Positions 25,007-36,484 of a DNA stretch of 48,129 bases are shown here, piece after piece. The stretch lies in the NCBI RefSeq assembly GCF_006345805.1, contig NW_021834641.1, positions 1 through 48,129 on the forward strand. The letters are read 5' to 3'. Positions within the stretch are counted from its first letter, which is position 1, and every line of letters begins with the position of its first letter. Source of the DNA: Octopus sinensis (Eukaryota). The notes beneath the pieces are model-generated. The model was not told the DNA's origin. It was given only the letters and a program-made list of their open reading frames with translations, and ran no database searches. A program made the translations under genes and the position numbers.

Positions 25007-25460
25007 GGCGCAGGAGTGGCTGTGTGGTAAGTAGCTTGCTTACCAGCCACATGGTTCCGGATTCAGTCCCACTGCGTGGCATCTTGGGCAGGTGTCTTCT
25101 GCTATACTCTTGGGCCGACCAATGCCTTGTGAGTGGATTTGGTAGACGGAAACTGAAAGAAGCCTGTCGTAATATGTATATATATATATATTATATATAT
25201 TATATATATAATATATATATATGTTATTTGTGTGGATATGTTTGTGTGTCTGTGTTTGTTCCCTTAGCATTGCTTGACAACCGATGCTGGTTTGTTTACA
25301 TACCCGTCACTTAGCGGTTCGGCAAAAGAGACCGATAGAATAAGTACTTGGCTTACAAAGAATAAGTCCCGGGGTCGATTTGCTCGACTAAAGGCGATGC
25401 TCCAGAATGGCCGCAGTCAAATGACTGAAACAAGTAAAATAGTAAAGAGTAAAAAAGAGT
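25007..25460 (+). mobile_element. tRNA-derived SINE family A (reference copy in this window)
   Basis: GGCGCAGGAGTGGCTGTGTGGTAAG head, B-box-like GGATTCAGTCC, CTTGGGCAGGTGTCTT centre, internal (TA)n and tail ...ATGACTGAAACAAGTAAAA. Confidence 0.93.
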
Positions 25461-26479
25461 ATATTCCATGTTTATATTTGTAACAGTTGTTATAGATGTT
25501 GATAGCAATACAGGATATAATGATTGCCGTGGTGATGCCCATGGTGAGAACGCTGGTGGTGATACTGTTGATGCTGGTGGTGAGGCTATGATGGTTATAA
25601 TTATATAGACATAGAGCAAAGTAGTTAGTTATCAGACGACATTCCTTCATAATCTGTGTTCAAATCTCGCCGAAGTTAACTTTCGTCCATCTGAAGTCGA
25701 TAAATTAATCAGAAAAGCACTAACATCAATGGCATCAACGAACACCATTCCCTTAAAATTGTTAAATTTATGCTCAATTTGAAACCTTTCACGCTCTTAT
25801 TTAGAGTTAAAAATATGAGTGAGATTTAGCTGTTATTTCCAACAGGTCGAATGACTACACAGAGGCCCTCAATTCTATTCGTGATTATTGTCACTAATAC
25901 TCAGTCCCCAGGTCAGCTCTCATTGAACAGACTAAAAATAAAAAAAGGGTTCCATATTTCACACCCTGTCTTTAAGTCTATTAAATGGAGGCTTCGTCCA
26001 TTATTCTTGTTCAAGACAGTAGAATAGTTATGGACAAGCGGACCGCATACAACACAGGGGAATTTCTGAATGCTTCGCTTGGCAACAAATTACTTTGAAA
26101 ATTCTTAGTGATGTAGCCCTATATATAATGAGCCATGTCTCTTGCGGCCCACTTTTCAAAAAAAGCTGGGCGTTCATACAAATAGAGTGGGATTTGAAAG
26201 TATTTTGGTGGCTATTTCTATCAGGTGAAACGAACATCAAGAGATATCCACGTTTGCTTCCGTATGTCGTCGTCAATGTTGATAATTAGCCCTAAATCTC
26301 ACTGGGTAGACATTTTAAGAAAGGCGTTCCAGCCGTGACCATCCGCATATTTTAGTACAAATACACTGGCCAATATGTTCATCTTTTCCATAGAAGTAGC
26401 TTATTTTCTTAAGGAGGTTATGCTGTCATTTCTATCAGTTTGAGTGAAAATATAAAGGCTCTTTAGAGGTCATGGATAT

Positions 26480-26985
26480 AGTGGTGGTCGTGGTGGTCGT
26501 GGGTAGTAGGTGGTGGCCGCGGTGGCGGTGGTGGTGGTGATGGTGGTGGTGGGTAGTAGTAGGTGGTGGCAGCGGTGGTGGTGGTGGGTAGTAGTAGGTG
26601 GTGGTGGGTAGTAGTAGGTGGTGGTGGGTAGTAGTGGGTGGTGGTGGCGGTGGCGGTGGTGATGGTGGTGGTGGTGGTAATGGGTAGTAGTAGGTGGTGG
26701 TGGTGGTGGTGGTGGTGGAGGTGGTAATGGGTAGTAGTAGGTGGCGGCGGCGGTGGTGGTGGTGGTGGTGGGTAGTAGTAGGTGGTGGCGGCGATGGTGG
26801 TGGTGGTGGTGGGTAGTAGTAGGTGGTGGCGGCGGCGGCGGTGGTGGTGGTGGGTAGTAGTAGGTGGTGGTGGGTAGTAGTGGTGGTGGCGGTGATGGTG
26901 GCGGGTAGTAGTAGGTGGTGGCGGCGGTGGTGGTCGTCGTCGTCGTCGTGGTGGTCGTGGGTAGTAGTCGGTGGTGGCAGTGTTA
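26480..26985. repeat. Compound GGT/GTA/GGC repeat with recurring GGGTAGTAGTAGGTGGTGG unit
   Basis: Directly visible; the extensin-like ORF 26435-27301 is its translation. Confidence 0.92.
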
Positions 26986-27782
26986 ATGTCATTACAATGT
27001 TCGTGCTGATACGATTGGTTTTAATTGTATTCTCTGTTTCGTATATAATATCTGTGCGTGTTCTGTAAGGATGGACGGGTATGTGCGCGTGCATGAATGA
27101 CTGAATGTATAAGTGCATGGGTGTATGTGACCCTGTATCTGGGTATGTCTGTGTGTGCCTGAGTATAGATACATATATATGCATGTGTGTGTCTGTCACT
27201 ATCTCTACGTTTGTGTCTATATTTCTGTGTACGTGGTTGTGTGTGTGTAAATGGTTGCGTATGGGTATGCATGTAGTATATATGCGTGTTAGAATTTCCA
27301 TGTGAATGCGTTAGTATATGTAAGAGCTAGCGTATGGATGCGTATGCATATGTTTGTGCGTCTATTTGTGTGTGTGTTTATGTGTGCGTGCTTGTGTATG
27401 AATGAGTGTATAAATGTGGGTATATGTGCGTCAATATATGTGAGTGTGTTTGTTCTAAGTACTTATATATGTGTGTGCGCATGTGCGTGTATGTGTATGC
27501 ATAGCTTACGTATGGATTTCTGCGTGTCTGTATGTCAGTGAATATACTTGCATGTACATATAGTTGTGCGTGTGCTTGCATATGTTAGTTTCTTTCTGAC
27601 GTAGTTTCAGTTACATACAGGCATAGACATGCGATGGCTGTTGTATGTTATTGTAATTTTAAAGATATCCTCGTGTATTTCTGATTTCTGTGTTTTTCTG
27701 AAAGAGAATTTACTGAAGATAAGTGCTGTTGGTGCCACTATCTTTTAGCTGTTGTTTTATGGGTAGCAGATGCTGCTGTTGT

Positions 27783-27934
27783 CTTCTTCTTCTTCTTCTT
27801 CTTCTTCTTTTCTTCTTCTTCTTCTTCTTCTTCTTCTTCTTCTTCTTCTTCTTCTTCTTCTTCTTCTTCTTCTTCTTCTTCTTCTTCTTCTTCTTCTTCT
27901 TCTTCTTCTTCTTCTTCTTCTTCTTCTTCTTCTT
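27783..27934. repeat. (TTC)n microsatellite
   Basis: Directly visible. Confidence 0.98.
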
Positions 27935-27979
27935 CCAATCAGGACTCAAGCCATTAGCCACAAAGAATAATCTCTAATT

Positions 27980-28328
27980 CGAGCCTACTCTAAGCTCCGT
28001 AAACAGTGGCTATTAACGGGTGGAGAGCTGAACCGTCCTGGGGTACAGAGGATTCGCAATCTAGACTAGGGTCTGAAAGTCTACCACACCATAGTGGGTT
28101 ACACCATGGTTCCTCTTCTTTGTGGCAGAAGTAGGAAGAAAGAGTGAGAGAAAGTTGTGGTGAAAGAGTATAGCGGGGTTCACCGCCACCCCTCCACCGG
28201 AGTGTCGTGGAGCTTAGGTGCTTTTGCTCAATAAACACTCACAATCGAAACCGCGTTCTGTGAATCGAAACCGCGTTCTTAAGACCGCGAGTCCGCTACC
28301 CTAACCACTGGGTTATTGCACCTCCACT
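27980..28328 (-). mobile_element. SINE with family C head/centre and a distinct tail
   Basis: Reverse complement GGAGGTGCAATAACCCAGTGGTTAGGGTAGCGGACTCGCGG... matches family C up to CTCTCACTCTTTCTTCCT, then diverges. 20-bp internal duplication at 28245-28281. Confidence 0.85.
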
Positions 28329-28511
28329 GCTGTTGCTGTTACTACTCTACCATGGAATCCCGAGTACGCAGCCTTGATCAAGTAGATCTAGCCACCCCAG
28401 CTTTTATTTTATATTTTCCCATGCGTAGACTGCCAAAAATTGTATTATCCAAAGCGCCCCATTAATTTTCTGTTCTTAGATATATTAAAAATAAAAATAA
28501 TAAATGCGCCC

Positions 28512-28751
28512 TTTTAAAGCCTAGCTAGGCTCATGGGCCCAGTTTCCCGGTTTTTATAGCGTATGCGTTCCCTAGCTGGACGGGACGCCAGTCCATCGCA
28601 GCGTTACTCATTTTTGCTATCTGAGTGGACTGGAGCAACGTGAAATGAAGTGTTTTGCTCAAGAACACAACGCGTCGCCCGGTCCAGAAATCGAAACCAC
28701 AATCTTACGATCATTATGCTGACACCCTAGCCACTAAGCCACGCGCCTCCA
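28512..28751 (-). mobile_element. tRNA-derived SINE family D
   Basis: Reverse complement TGGAGGCGCGTGGCTTAGTGGCTAGGG..GGTTTCGATTTCTGGACCGGGCGACGCGTTGTGTTCTTGAGCAAAACAC..; tail CGTCCCGTCCAG. Confidence 0.88.
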
Positions 28752-29395
28752 TTCTTTGATATATTAGAAATTGCTATTTTTAGCAAGATTAATCAAATCA
28801 TAATGAAGAGAATTTTTATGAAAACCGGGAAAATGTGTTTGGTTTCCAAGATGCCTGATGTACACTCGTGTGTTGATTCATATGTTATTTTATCTCAGGA
28901 AGATCACTGTGCCAATACTAGGTACGCACAATCTTTCACTTTTGCCGAACTACTAACTTACAGGACGTACATAAACCGGCACCGGTTGTCAAGCAGTGGG
29001 GAGGAGATAAACACAGATATACAGACACAAACAAACACACAGACACACACACACACACATACACGCACCATATATATATATATATATATATATATGCTAT
29101 ATATTTCATATAATAAAACATTTATATATATATATATATATATTATGTAGTAAATACACACGTACGTACATAACAAATACACACAAATTCACAAGCACAA
29201 TGGTTAACATACGCACACTGAGACAATATCAAAAATTAGAAATGATTGCATATATACGCATTTAAAAAAATAATACGCACGCAATCTCTCAATGCAAAAA
29301 AGGGGAAAAAATGCTATTGACATTCAAATATCTCCACTGAAATGCATCACTTCTTAAATCGAAATTCATCCACAGAGAAAACAAGACAAACAGAA

Positions 29396-29415
29396 AGACA
29401 GACAGACACACAGAC

Positions 29416-29464
<49 letters not shown>

Positions 29465-29472
29465 TAGATAGA

Positions 29473-29512
<40 letters not shown>

Positions 29513-29534
29513 TAGATAGACAGACAGAAAGACG

Positions 29535-29608
<74 letters not shown>

Positions 29609-29617
29609 TAGATAGAT

Positions 29618-29660
<43 letters not shown>

Positions 29661-29764
29661 GAGATAGATAGATAGATACATAGAAAGAGATGAACGTATA
29701 GGTTGAGAGAGAGGCAGAGAGAGAGAAAGGGATGGAGAGGAAAAGGAAGAACGAATGAATGGAC

Positions 29765-29819
<55 letters not shown>

Positions 29820-29885
29820 AAACATAGACAGATAGATACATAGATAGATAGATAGATGTAGATAGATAGAGAGATAGAAGGAAAG
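29396..29885. repeat. (GACA/GATA/GA/GAAA)n compound microsatellite
   Basis: Directly visible; source of the 317, 220 and 207 aa ORFs. Confidence 0.97.
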
Positions 29886-30291
29886 AAAATGAAAAGGAGG
29901 GAAGGCGGGAAGTAAAGGAGGAAAGGGAAGAAGGAAGGAAGGAAGTGCTTGAGAAGAGCGCAAAAATAAACATTCTGAAGCACACACACGCAAACGCGGG
30001 GCTAGACATAAATCAACAGATCGCAAATACGTTACTGCTATAATTATGCAGTCCACATGCTCACGGCGTAGCTGAACGATGCTGGCTGGTTGGTCAACTG
30101 AATGTTTGAAAAGGCACACAATATGGAACTTCTCTGGCTTGCTTTCTCTTCTCAACCAATGAATTGTCGGTAATTTGTGAGCCGAATATAAAACGCGATT
30201 TTTTGCGTATGGATGCCCGTGCGCACGCATGTGAATGAGCATGGTGCGTGTGCGTGAGCGTCTGTGTGTGTGTGCGTGTGCGTGTGTGTGA

Positions 30292-30322
<31 letters not shown>

Positions 30323-30702
30323 TGTGTGTGGTGTGTGTGTGTGTGCGGGTGTAAAAGTATTCGGGCGTATGTAACCTGAAAACTTATTTATTTCTCGACG
30401 AATTTGTTTGAGAGGAAAATATATTTTGAGTAGCTATTTCCGACCTTTTTCGTTGTTAGCATTTAGATTGAATGATAAGAATGATGATGATGATATATAT
30501 ATATATATATATATATAGGTGGCTGGAAGGATGGATTAATGGATGCATGCAAAGAAAGGTGGGGAGAAAGAGGGTGAGGATAAGGGACTAGCGGTAACAG
30601 ATACTGATATATATATATATATAATAAAATATTAGGGAATAAATCCAAACTTACAGGGAAAAATCAGATTTAGGATTGAATCCAATTTTATAGTAAAATA
30701 TT

Positions 30703-30906
30703 ATATTATATTAAATTAGAGATAAAACCACGATTAGGCAAATCATACCATGAAAAACTTAAGCCAATACATAAGATTAATTAATTTATATTATTTTAAA
30801 TATATATCAAAATTATTAAAAAAAGATAATGAGTATAACACTACGATCGTTTCATGGCTGTCCAATTCTTAAAATTTAATAGTGGTTTTATCTCTAATTT
30901 AATATA

Positions 30907-30909
<3 letters not shown>
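30703..30909. mobile_element. AT-rich element bounded by a 33-bp inverted repeat
   Basis: TATTATATTAAATTAGAGATAAAACCACGATTA (from ~30703) matches the reverse complement of 30877-30909 at 32/33. Confidence 0.65.
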
Positions 30910-30946
<37 letters not shown>

Positions 30947-31052
30947 GCATATATATATATATATATATACACCACACACACATACACACATACATACATA
31001 CATACATACATACATACATACATGTATGTATGTATGTATGTATGTATGTATA

Positions 31053-31210
31053 TACGACGGGCTTCTTTCAGTTTCCGTCTACCAAATCCGCTCACAAGGA
31101 TTTAGTCGGCCCGAGGCTATAGAAGGCACTTGCCCAAGGTGCATCGCAGTGGAACTGAACTCGGAACCATATGGTTGCTAAGCAAGCTACATATCACACA
31201 GCCACTCCAT
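31053..31210 (-). mobile_element. SINE family A head fragment
   Basis: Reverse complement matches the first ~160 nt of 25007-25460. Confidence 0.85.
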
Positions 31211-31439
31211 ATACATATACATGCCTGTGTGTGTGTACGTGCACGCGCGCTTGTCTTTTAGTTGTTTCACTCATTACGCATTGGCCGTGTTGGTGTCCTG
31301 CGTGCATGAATTTCAGTCAAACAAATCAAATCCACAACTGTTTTTTAAAGCTTTATAAGCTACACCGCTGATTGACAGGGACTTAAGCAAGTCAGCACTA
31401 GTTGCGAAGTGGTGTTGACGGACAATCACAGACATATGA

Positions 31440-31828
31440 TGGAAGCACTCCGTCGGTTACGACGACGAGGGTTCCGGTTGATCCGAATCAACGGAACAGC
31501 CTGCTCGTGAAATTAACGTGTAAGTGGCTGAGCACTCCACAGACACGTGCACCCTTAACGTAGTTCTCGGGGATATTTAGCGTGACACAGAGAGTGACAA
31601 GGCCGGCCCCTTGAAATACAGGTACAAGAGAAACAGGAAGTAAGAGTGAGAGAAAGTTTGAGGTGAAAGAGTACAGCAGGGATCACCACCATCCCCTGCC
31701 GGAGCCTCGTGGAACTTTTTTTAGGTGTTTTCGCTCAATAAACACTCACAACGCCCGGTCTGGGAATCGAAACCACGATCCTATGACCGCGAGACCGCTG
31801 CCCTAACCACTGGGCCATTGCGCCTCCA
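31440..31828 (-). mobile_element. tRNA-derived SINE family C, full length, TSD CACAGACATAT
   Basis: A box TGGCCCAGTGG, B box GTTTCGATTCC; CACAGACATAT on both flanks (~31427-31437 and 31830-31840). Confidence 0.95.
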
Positions 31829-31999
31829 CCACAGACATATATATGTATATGTATAAGACAAGGGATGAATAAAGGTCATCATTACATAATTTACTTTTGT
31901 TGGAGAAAATTCGTGTTTACAGAAGTCCTTATAGGTTCGTTACTGACAGGTTTACTCAGTTGGTCTTATTGATCAATTGAGAAACGTTGAACGACCTCA

Positions 32000-32502
32000 T
32001 ATATATATATCTAGTTGTGTGAGTGTCTGTCCCCTTCGATTTAGATTCCTAACTCCTCCCAAATTTTGCGGTGCAGTTTAACCAAATTCGGGTATCTTAT
32101 AGTCGTGATTCATATCGAACCCGTCTGGCTATTAGCGCGCGTCTATGATGAGTCTACGATTTTAAAAATAATTTAACATCATTTTTTATTCCATTTTAAT
32201 GCATAATTTTTCGTGTGTCGATGGCGGCGGAGTTGGCGTCCACGCTCACAGCTGCAGCTGTTTGCTTCTCCCCCTTCCCTCCCTCGTGAAGCTGTGGGGA
32301 AGGGAGTGTAAAGAAATCAACGTCGTAATGCGTTGTCAAGGAGACCAGCGTTCTTTTAGAACAACGACTTCATGGCTTGAAGACACCAAAACAGAAATGG
32401 CTAAGAAAGCCCAAATTGGCATCTATAAGGGAAGTAACTCTCTAAAAATGCTTATATAGTTATTTCCCTTACAACCCGAGCAACGCCGGGCGATACTGCT
32501 AG
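32000..32502 (+). mobile_element. Non-autonomous Helitron, same family as 17364-17761, with an extra GC-rich internal segment
   Basis: Shares GATTTAGATTCCTAACT..ATCTTATAGTCGTGATTCATATCGA and the identical 3' end CCCGAGCAACGCCGGGCGATACTGCTAG|T. Confidence 0.85.
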
Positions 32503-32516
32503 TATATATATATATC

Positions 32517-32548
<32 letters not shown>

Positions 32549-32585
32549 TGCCAAATAATTACACGCACCATATAAATACTATCTG

Positions 32586-32969
32586 GAGTCGCAATGGTCC
32601 AGTGGTTAGGGCATCGGACTCGCGGTCATAGGATCGCGGTTTCGATTCCCAGACCGGGCGTTGTGAGTGTTTATTGAGCGAAAACACCTAAAGTTCCACG
32701 AGGCTCCGGCAGGGGATGGTGGCGATCCCTGCTGTACTCTTTCACCACAACCTTCTCTCACTCTTACTTCCTGTTTTTGTTGTACCTCTATTTCAAAGGG
32801 CCGGCCTTGTCACTCTCTGTGTCACGCTGAAAATCCCCGAGAACTACGTTAAGGGTACACGTGACTGTGGAGTGCTCAGCCACTTAAACGTTAATTTCAC
32901 GAGCAGGCTGTTCCGTTGATTCGGATCAACCGGAACCCTCATCGTCGTAACCGACGGAGTGCTTCCATC
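32586..32969 (+). mobile_element. tRNA-derived SINE family C, full length, 12-bp TSD
   Basis: TSD AAATACTATCTG at 32574-32585 and 32970-32981; A and B boxes present. Confidence 0.95.
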
Positions 32970-33464
32970 AAATACTATCTGTAATTCTGTATTGACTCGA
33001 ATGAGAAAATGTGTCTCTCAAGAAAGACTTCACTTTGAACAATTTCCACGATGTTTCATATTTAGATGTTGCTGTTGTTGTTGTTGTTTGTTCCTTCTCG
33101 AGCCATGCCTGGCTCAGAAAGGGCCGATTTCCCGGTTTCATTGGTGTATAGGGTCACCCACCTGTCGCATCATATTTAAATGCTTTTATTAAATTTGTTC
33201 CATGGTTTATTTATTAAACATAAATAAACCTTGGAATTAGATGGTTTTGATTTAGTGTCAGGTGATTTTAGCCGTCCTTGTACAAACATACACACGTACA
33301 TATATATATATATCTATATATATTATATATATACATACATACATATATATATATATATTATATATATATATATATATATCTATATATATTATATATATAC
33401 ATACATATATGTATATATGGTGTATATGTATATATATATTATATATATATATATGGTGTATATG

Positions 33465-33495
<31 letters not shown>

Positions 33496-33589
33496 TATAT
33501 ATACACATACATATACACCACATATATATATATACATACATATATGTATATATGGTGTATATATATATATATATATATTGCTACATCGA

Positions 33590-33990
33590 TATTCTTCCCT
33601 GTGTTCGTGAAAGATCTGTATCTCTGCCGTAAGGCTTGATTTCCATTGACGCCAGCTGAATTCAATTCGTCCCCAGTCGGAAGATACCTGTTGTTATGTC
33701 CTGTTATTTTTATTATTTAATTTATTGTATTTTTGTATTTATATTCGTGTATCATCGTCTGTTCTTCTGTTCTTGTTTTGGTTTACATTCGATGCTTTTT
33801 TCCGAGAAATCTAATGCTCTTGGCTTAGTTTTTCCTTGGGGCTGGCCAGATTGGAGTAATCTCAAGATTAATCAGCCGAAATCGCGTGGATGATCCGGTT
33901 CTTGACTGAGGATAAAAAGCTTCGAATGACCCGTCCTTGTTTTTTTGTGTCGTCTATCTGGATGTTTTGCGTTCTTGTCCCATTTTGTAT
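33590..33990 (+). mobile_element. Diverged member of the 43001-44129 Penelope-like repeat family, between (TA)n tracts
   Basis: ATCTAATGC.CTTGGCTTAG..GGCTGGCC..AATCTCAAGATTAATCAGCCGAAAT..GATGATC.GGTTCTTGACTGA.GA..GCTTCGAATG.CCCGTCC is shared. Confidence 0.7.
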
Positions 33991-34124
33991 TTTATATATA
34001 TGAAACGTAAAAGACTTTTTCAATTCCTGAGCTTTATACTAATACATCTGTTTGTTTTCTACACCACCTGCCTTCATCTTTTGTTGCTTTTTTCGTGAAC
34101 TCTCCGTATATATATATACACACG

Positions 34125-34280
34125 AGGTAATTCTTCCGTCTACGACATCGACTCACGAGGCTTTTGTCGGCCCGAGGCTAACTAAAGTAGAAAACATTTG
34201 CCCATGGTACCACGCCTTCGCACTGAACTCTGAACTATATGGTTGAGAAAAAAAAAACCTGTTACCACCCAGCCATCAGT
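34125..34280 (-). mobile_element. Degenerate SINE family A head
   Basis: TTCCGTCTAC..GTCGGCCCGAGGCTA..ACATTTGCCCATGGT..ACTGAACTCTGAAC. Confidence 0.7.
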
Positions 34281-35109
34281 ATATAAATATACATACTCCC
34301 ACACGTTCGTACATTTGTAAATAGTGAAAATGAAAGATGAAAGGAAAAGTGACAAAGAGAAGAAAATAAAAAGCAAGTGGAAATAAAAGAAAAATGAAGA
34401 AGCAAAATTAGAGTAAGAGAATAGAACCGCTGTCTCCCGATGGTTCAAAGAGATGTTTGTCGACGATGGGGAAATAGTTTATTGTATGATGTATGAAAAT
34501 GTCTCACACGTTTAACTAAGTTGTTTGTCATTAGTTTTTCGACATAGAATTTAATGAATGAACAAGCAGAATGAATTGAATCACGTGTCGGCGTTTTGTT
34601 TGTTTGTTTGTTCAGATTTTGTATTATATGTTATATCTCTTTTTTCTTTTTTTGTTATTCAAAGTGGGTGAACTATTTTATTTTACTTTACTTTACTTCA
34701 TTTTATTTTATTTATTTTACTGCTTTTTTAAAAAAAAAAGATGTTTTCAATCTTGTAGTGATTTTTGTTAATGGACTGCGACCATGCCGGAGCAATTCTT
34801 TGAGCTGAGAATATAGAATTTTATTGAGTTCGGATGAAAATTTACAGTTGACTAGCGAGGAAGTTTTAATTTATTTATATTGACTTAAAAATCGCTTCAC
34901 CCATTATGTTTTTGGAGAATCTAAATGAAAAAGACGGTACGTGGCAATCTGATGCGCTAGAAAGAGCAAATTAGATATGTTTCAAATTACACATATCGCA
35001 CTGAAAACAGATCGGATTATGTAACCCTAATGTGGTGCAACATCTCAAAAAGCAAAAGGTGTGGAATATCATGATTCAAATACCTTTCAACATAGCACTG
35101 TTTGATAAA

Positions 35110-35528
35110 GGCTGAGCTGGTAGAAACGTTAGCACGCCGGGCGAAATGCGTAGCCGTATTTCGTCTGCCGTTACGTTCTGAGTTCAAATTCCGCCGAGGT
35201 CGACTTTGCCTTTCATCCTTTCGGGGTCGATAAATTAAGTATCAGTTAGGCACTGGGATCGATCTAATCGACTTAATCCGTTTGTCTGTCCTTGTTTGTC
35301 CTCTCTGTGTTTAGTCCCTTGTGGGTAGTAAAGATATACAAATAGGTATTTCGTCTGCCGCTACGTTCTGAGTTCAAATTCCGCCGAGGTCGACTTTGGC
35401 TTTCATCCTTTCGGGGTCGATAAATTAAGTACCAGTTACGCACTGGGATCGATGTAATCGACTTAATCCGTTTGTCTGTCCTTGTTTGTCCCCTCTGTGT
35501 TTAGCCCCTTGTGGGTTGTAAAGAAATA
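35110..35528 (+). mobile_element. SINE family B, dimeric, near-consensus
   Basis: Two near-identical ~190-bp modules; flanked by GAT(A/G)AAGGCTGAGCTGG at 35104-35120 and 35529-35545. Confidence 0.95.
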
Positions 35529-35673
35529 GATGAAGGCTGAGCTGGAATTACACAACAACAGCGATGAAATCCACAATAACAATCTCAGAGAAAGTTGGGA
35601 GACAGGAAGATTGAAATTGGACACCTGGTCCAGATAATACTTGTCAGAAAGAAAACTTCTTAGTTTTTATTTT

Positions 35674-35869
35674 GAAGGTAGCAAGCTAACAGGATTGTTA
35701 GACAAAATGCCGAGTGGTATTTATTTCGACTCATGCGTTCAAATTCTGCCAAGATCGACTTTGCCTCTCATCCTTTCGAGATCGATGAAATAATGACCAT
35801 TTGAACACTGAGGTCGATATAATCGACTAGTCCCCTCTCACAAATTTCTGGCCTTGTGCCTATAATAAA
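35674..35869 (+). mobile_element. SINE family B, older monomer
   Basis: GTTCAAATTCTGCCAAGATCGACTTTGCCTCTCATCCTTTCG..GGTCGATATAATCGACT. Confidence 0.8.
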
Positions 35870-35915
35870 TTATTATTATCATTATTTTTACCTTCTGGCC
35901 TTGTGCCTACAGTAG

Positions 35916-35977
<62 letters not shown>

Positions 35978-36008
35978 TACTATTATTATCATTATTATTA
36001 TCATTATG

Positions 36009-36064
<56 letters not shown>

Positions 36065-36083
36065 CATCATCATCATTATTATT

Positions 36084-36230
36084 AAGGCAGCAATCTGGTG
36101 GAATCGTTACCATGCTGTACAAAATGCTTAGCGGCATTTCACCCATCTTTACGTTCTGAGCTTAAATTCTGCCGAGGTCAACTTTGCTTTTCATCCTTTC
36201 GGTGTCGATATAATAAGTACCAGTTGAGGA
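36084..36230 (+). mobile_element. SINE family B, partial
   Basis: AAGGCAGCAATCTGGTGGAATCGTT..CTGAGCTTAAATTCTGCCGAGGTCAACTTTGCTTTTCATCCTTTCGG. Confidence 0.8.
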
Positions 36231-36484
36231 CTGCGTACAAATATACGAAACCCAATATACCCATCATGACTAACTGTATGATAAGGGTACATTAAGCACA
36301 TGCATCACAAACATATTTTCGCGACATGGTGATTTTATATCAAGATAAATAGCACATGACCTTGCAGGTGAGGCCCAGTAAAACTTTTTTCAGATTGAGT
36401 AATCCATTCTGCTCAAAAGGTCCCTGAATAGAGCTTGTTTAAGGATGATGAACGAAGTGAATTATTCAAACGCAAACAATTCCC

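Noticed and set aside
26435-27301. 288-aa extensin-like Pro/His/Thr-rich ORF
   Set aside because: It is the reverse translation of GGT/GTA repeats and (TG)n-rich sequence.
29289-30242. 317-aa ORF, the longest in the window
   Set aside because: It is built on GATA/GACA/GAAA microsatellites, which lack stops in several frames.
3621-32969. tRNA genes at SINE heads
   Set aside because: A and B boxes are present, but the acceptor stems are incomplete and each head runs into a shared SINE body.
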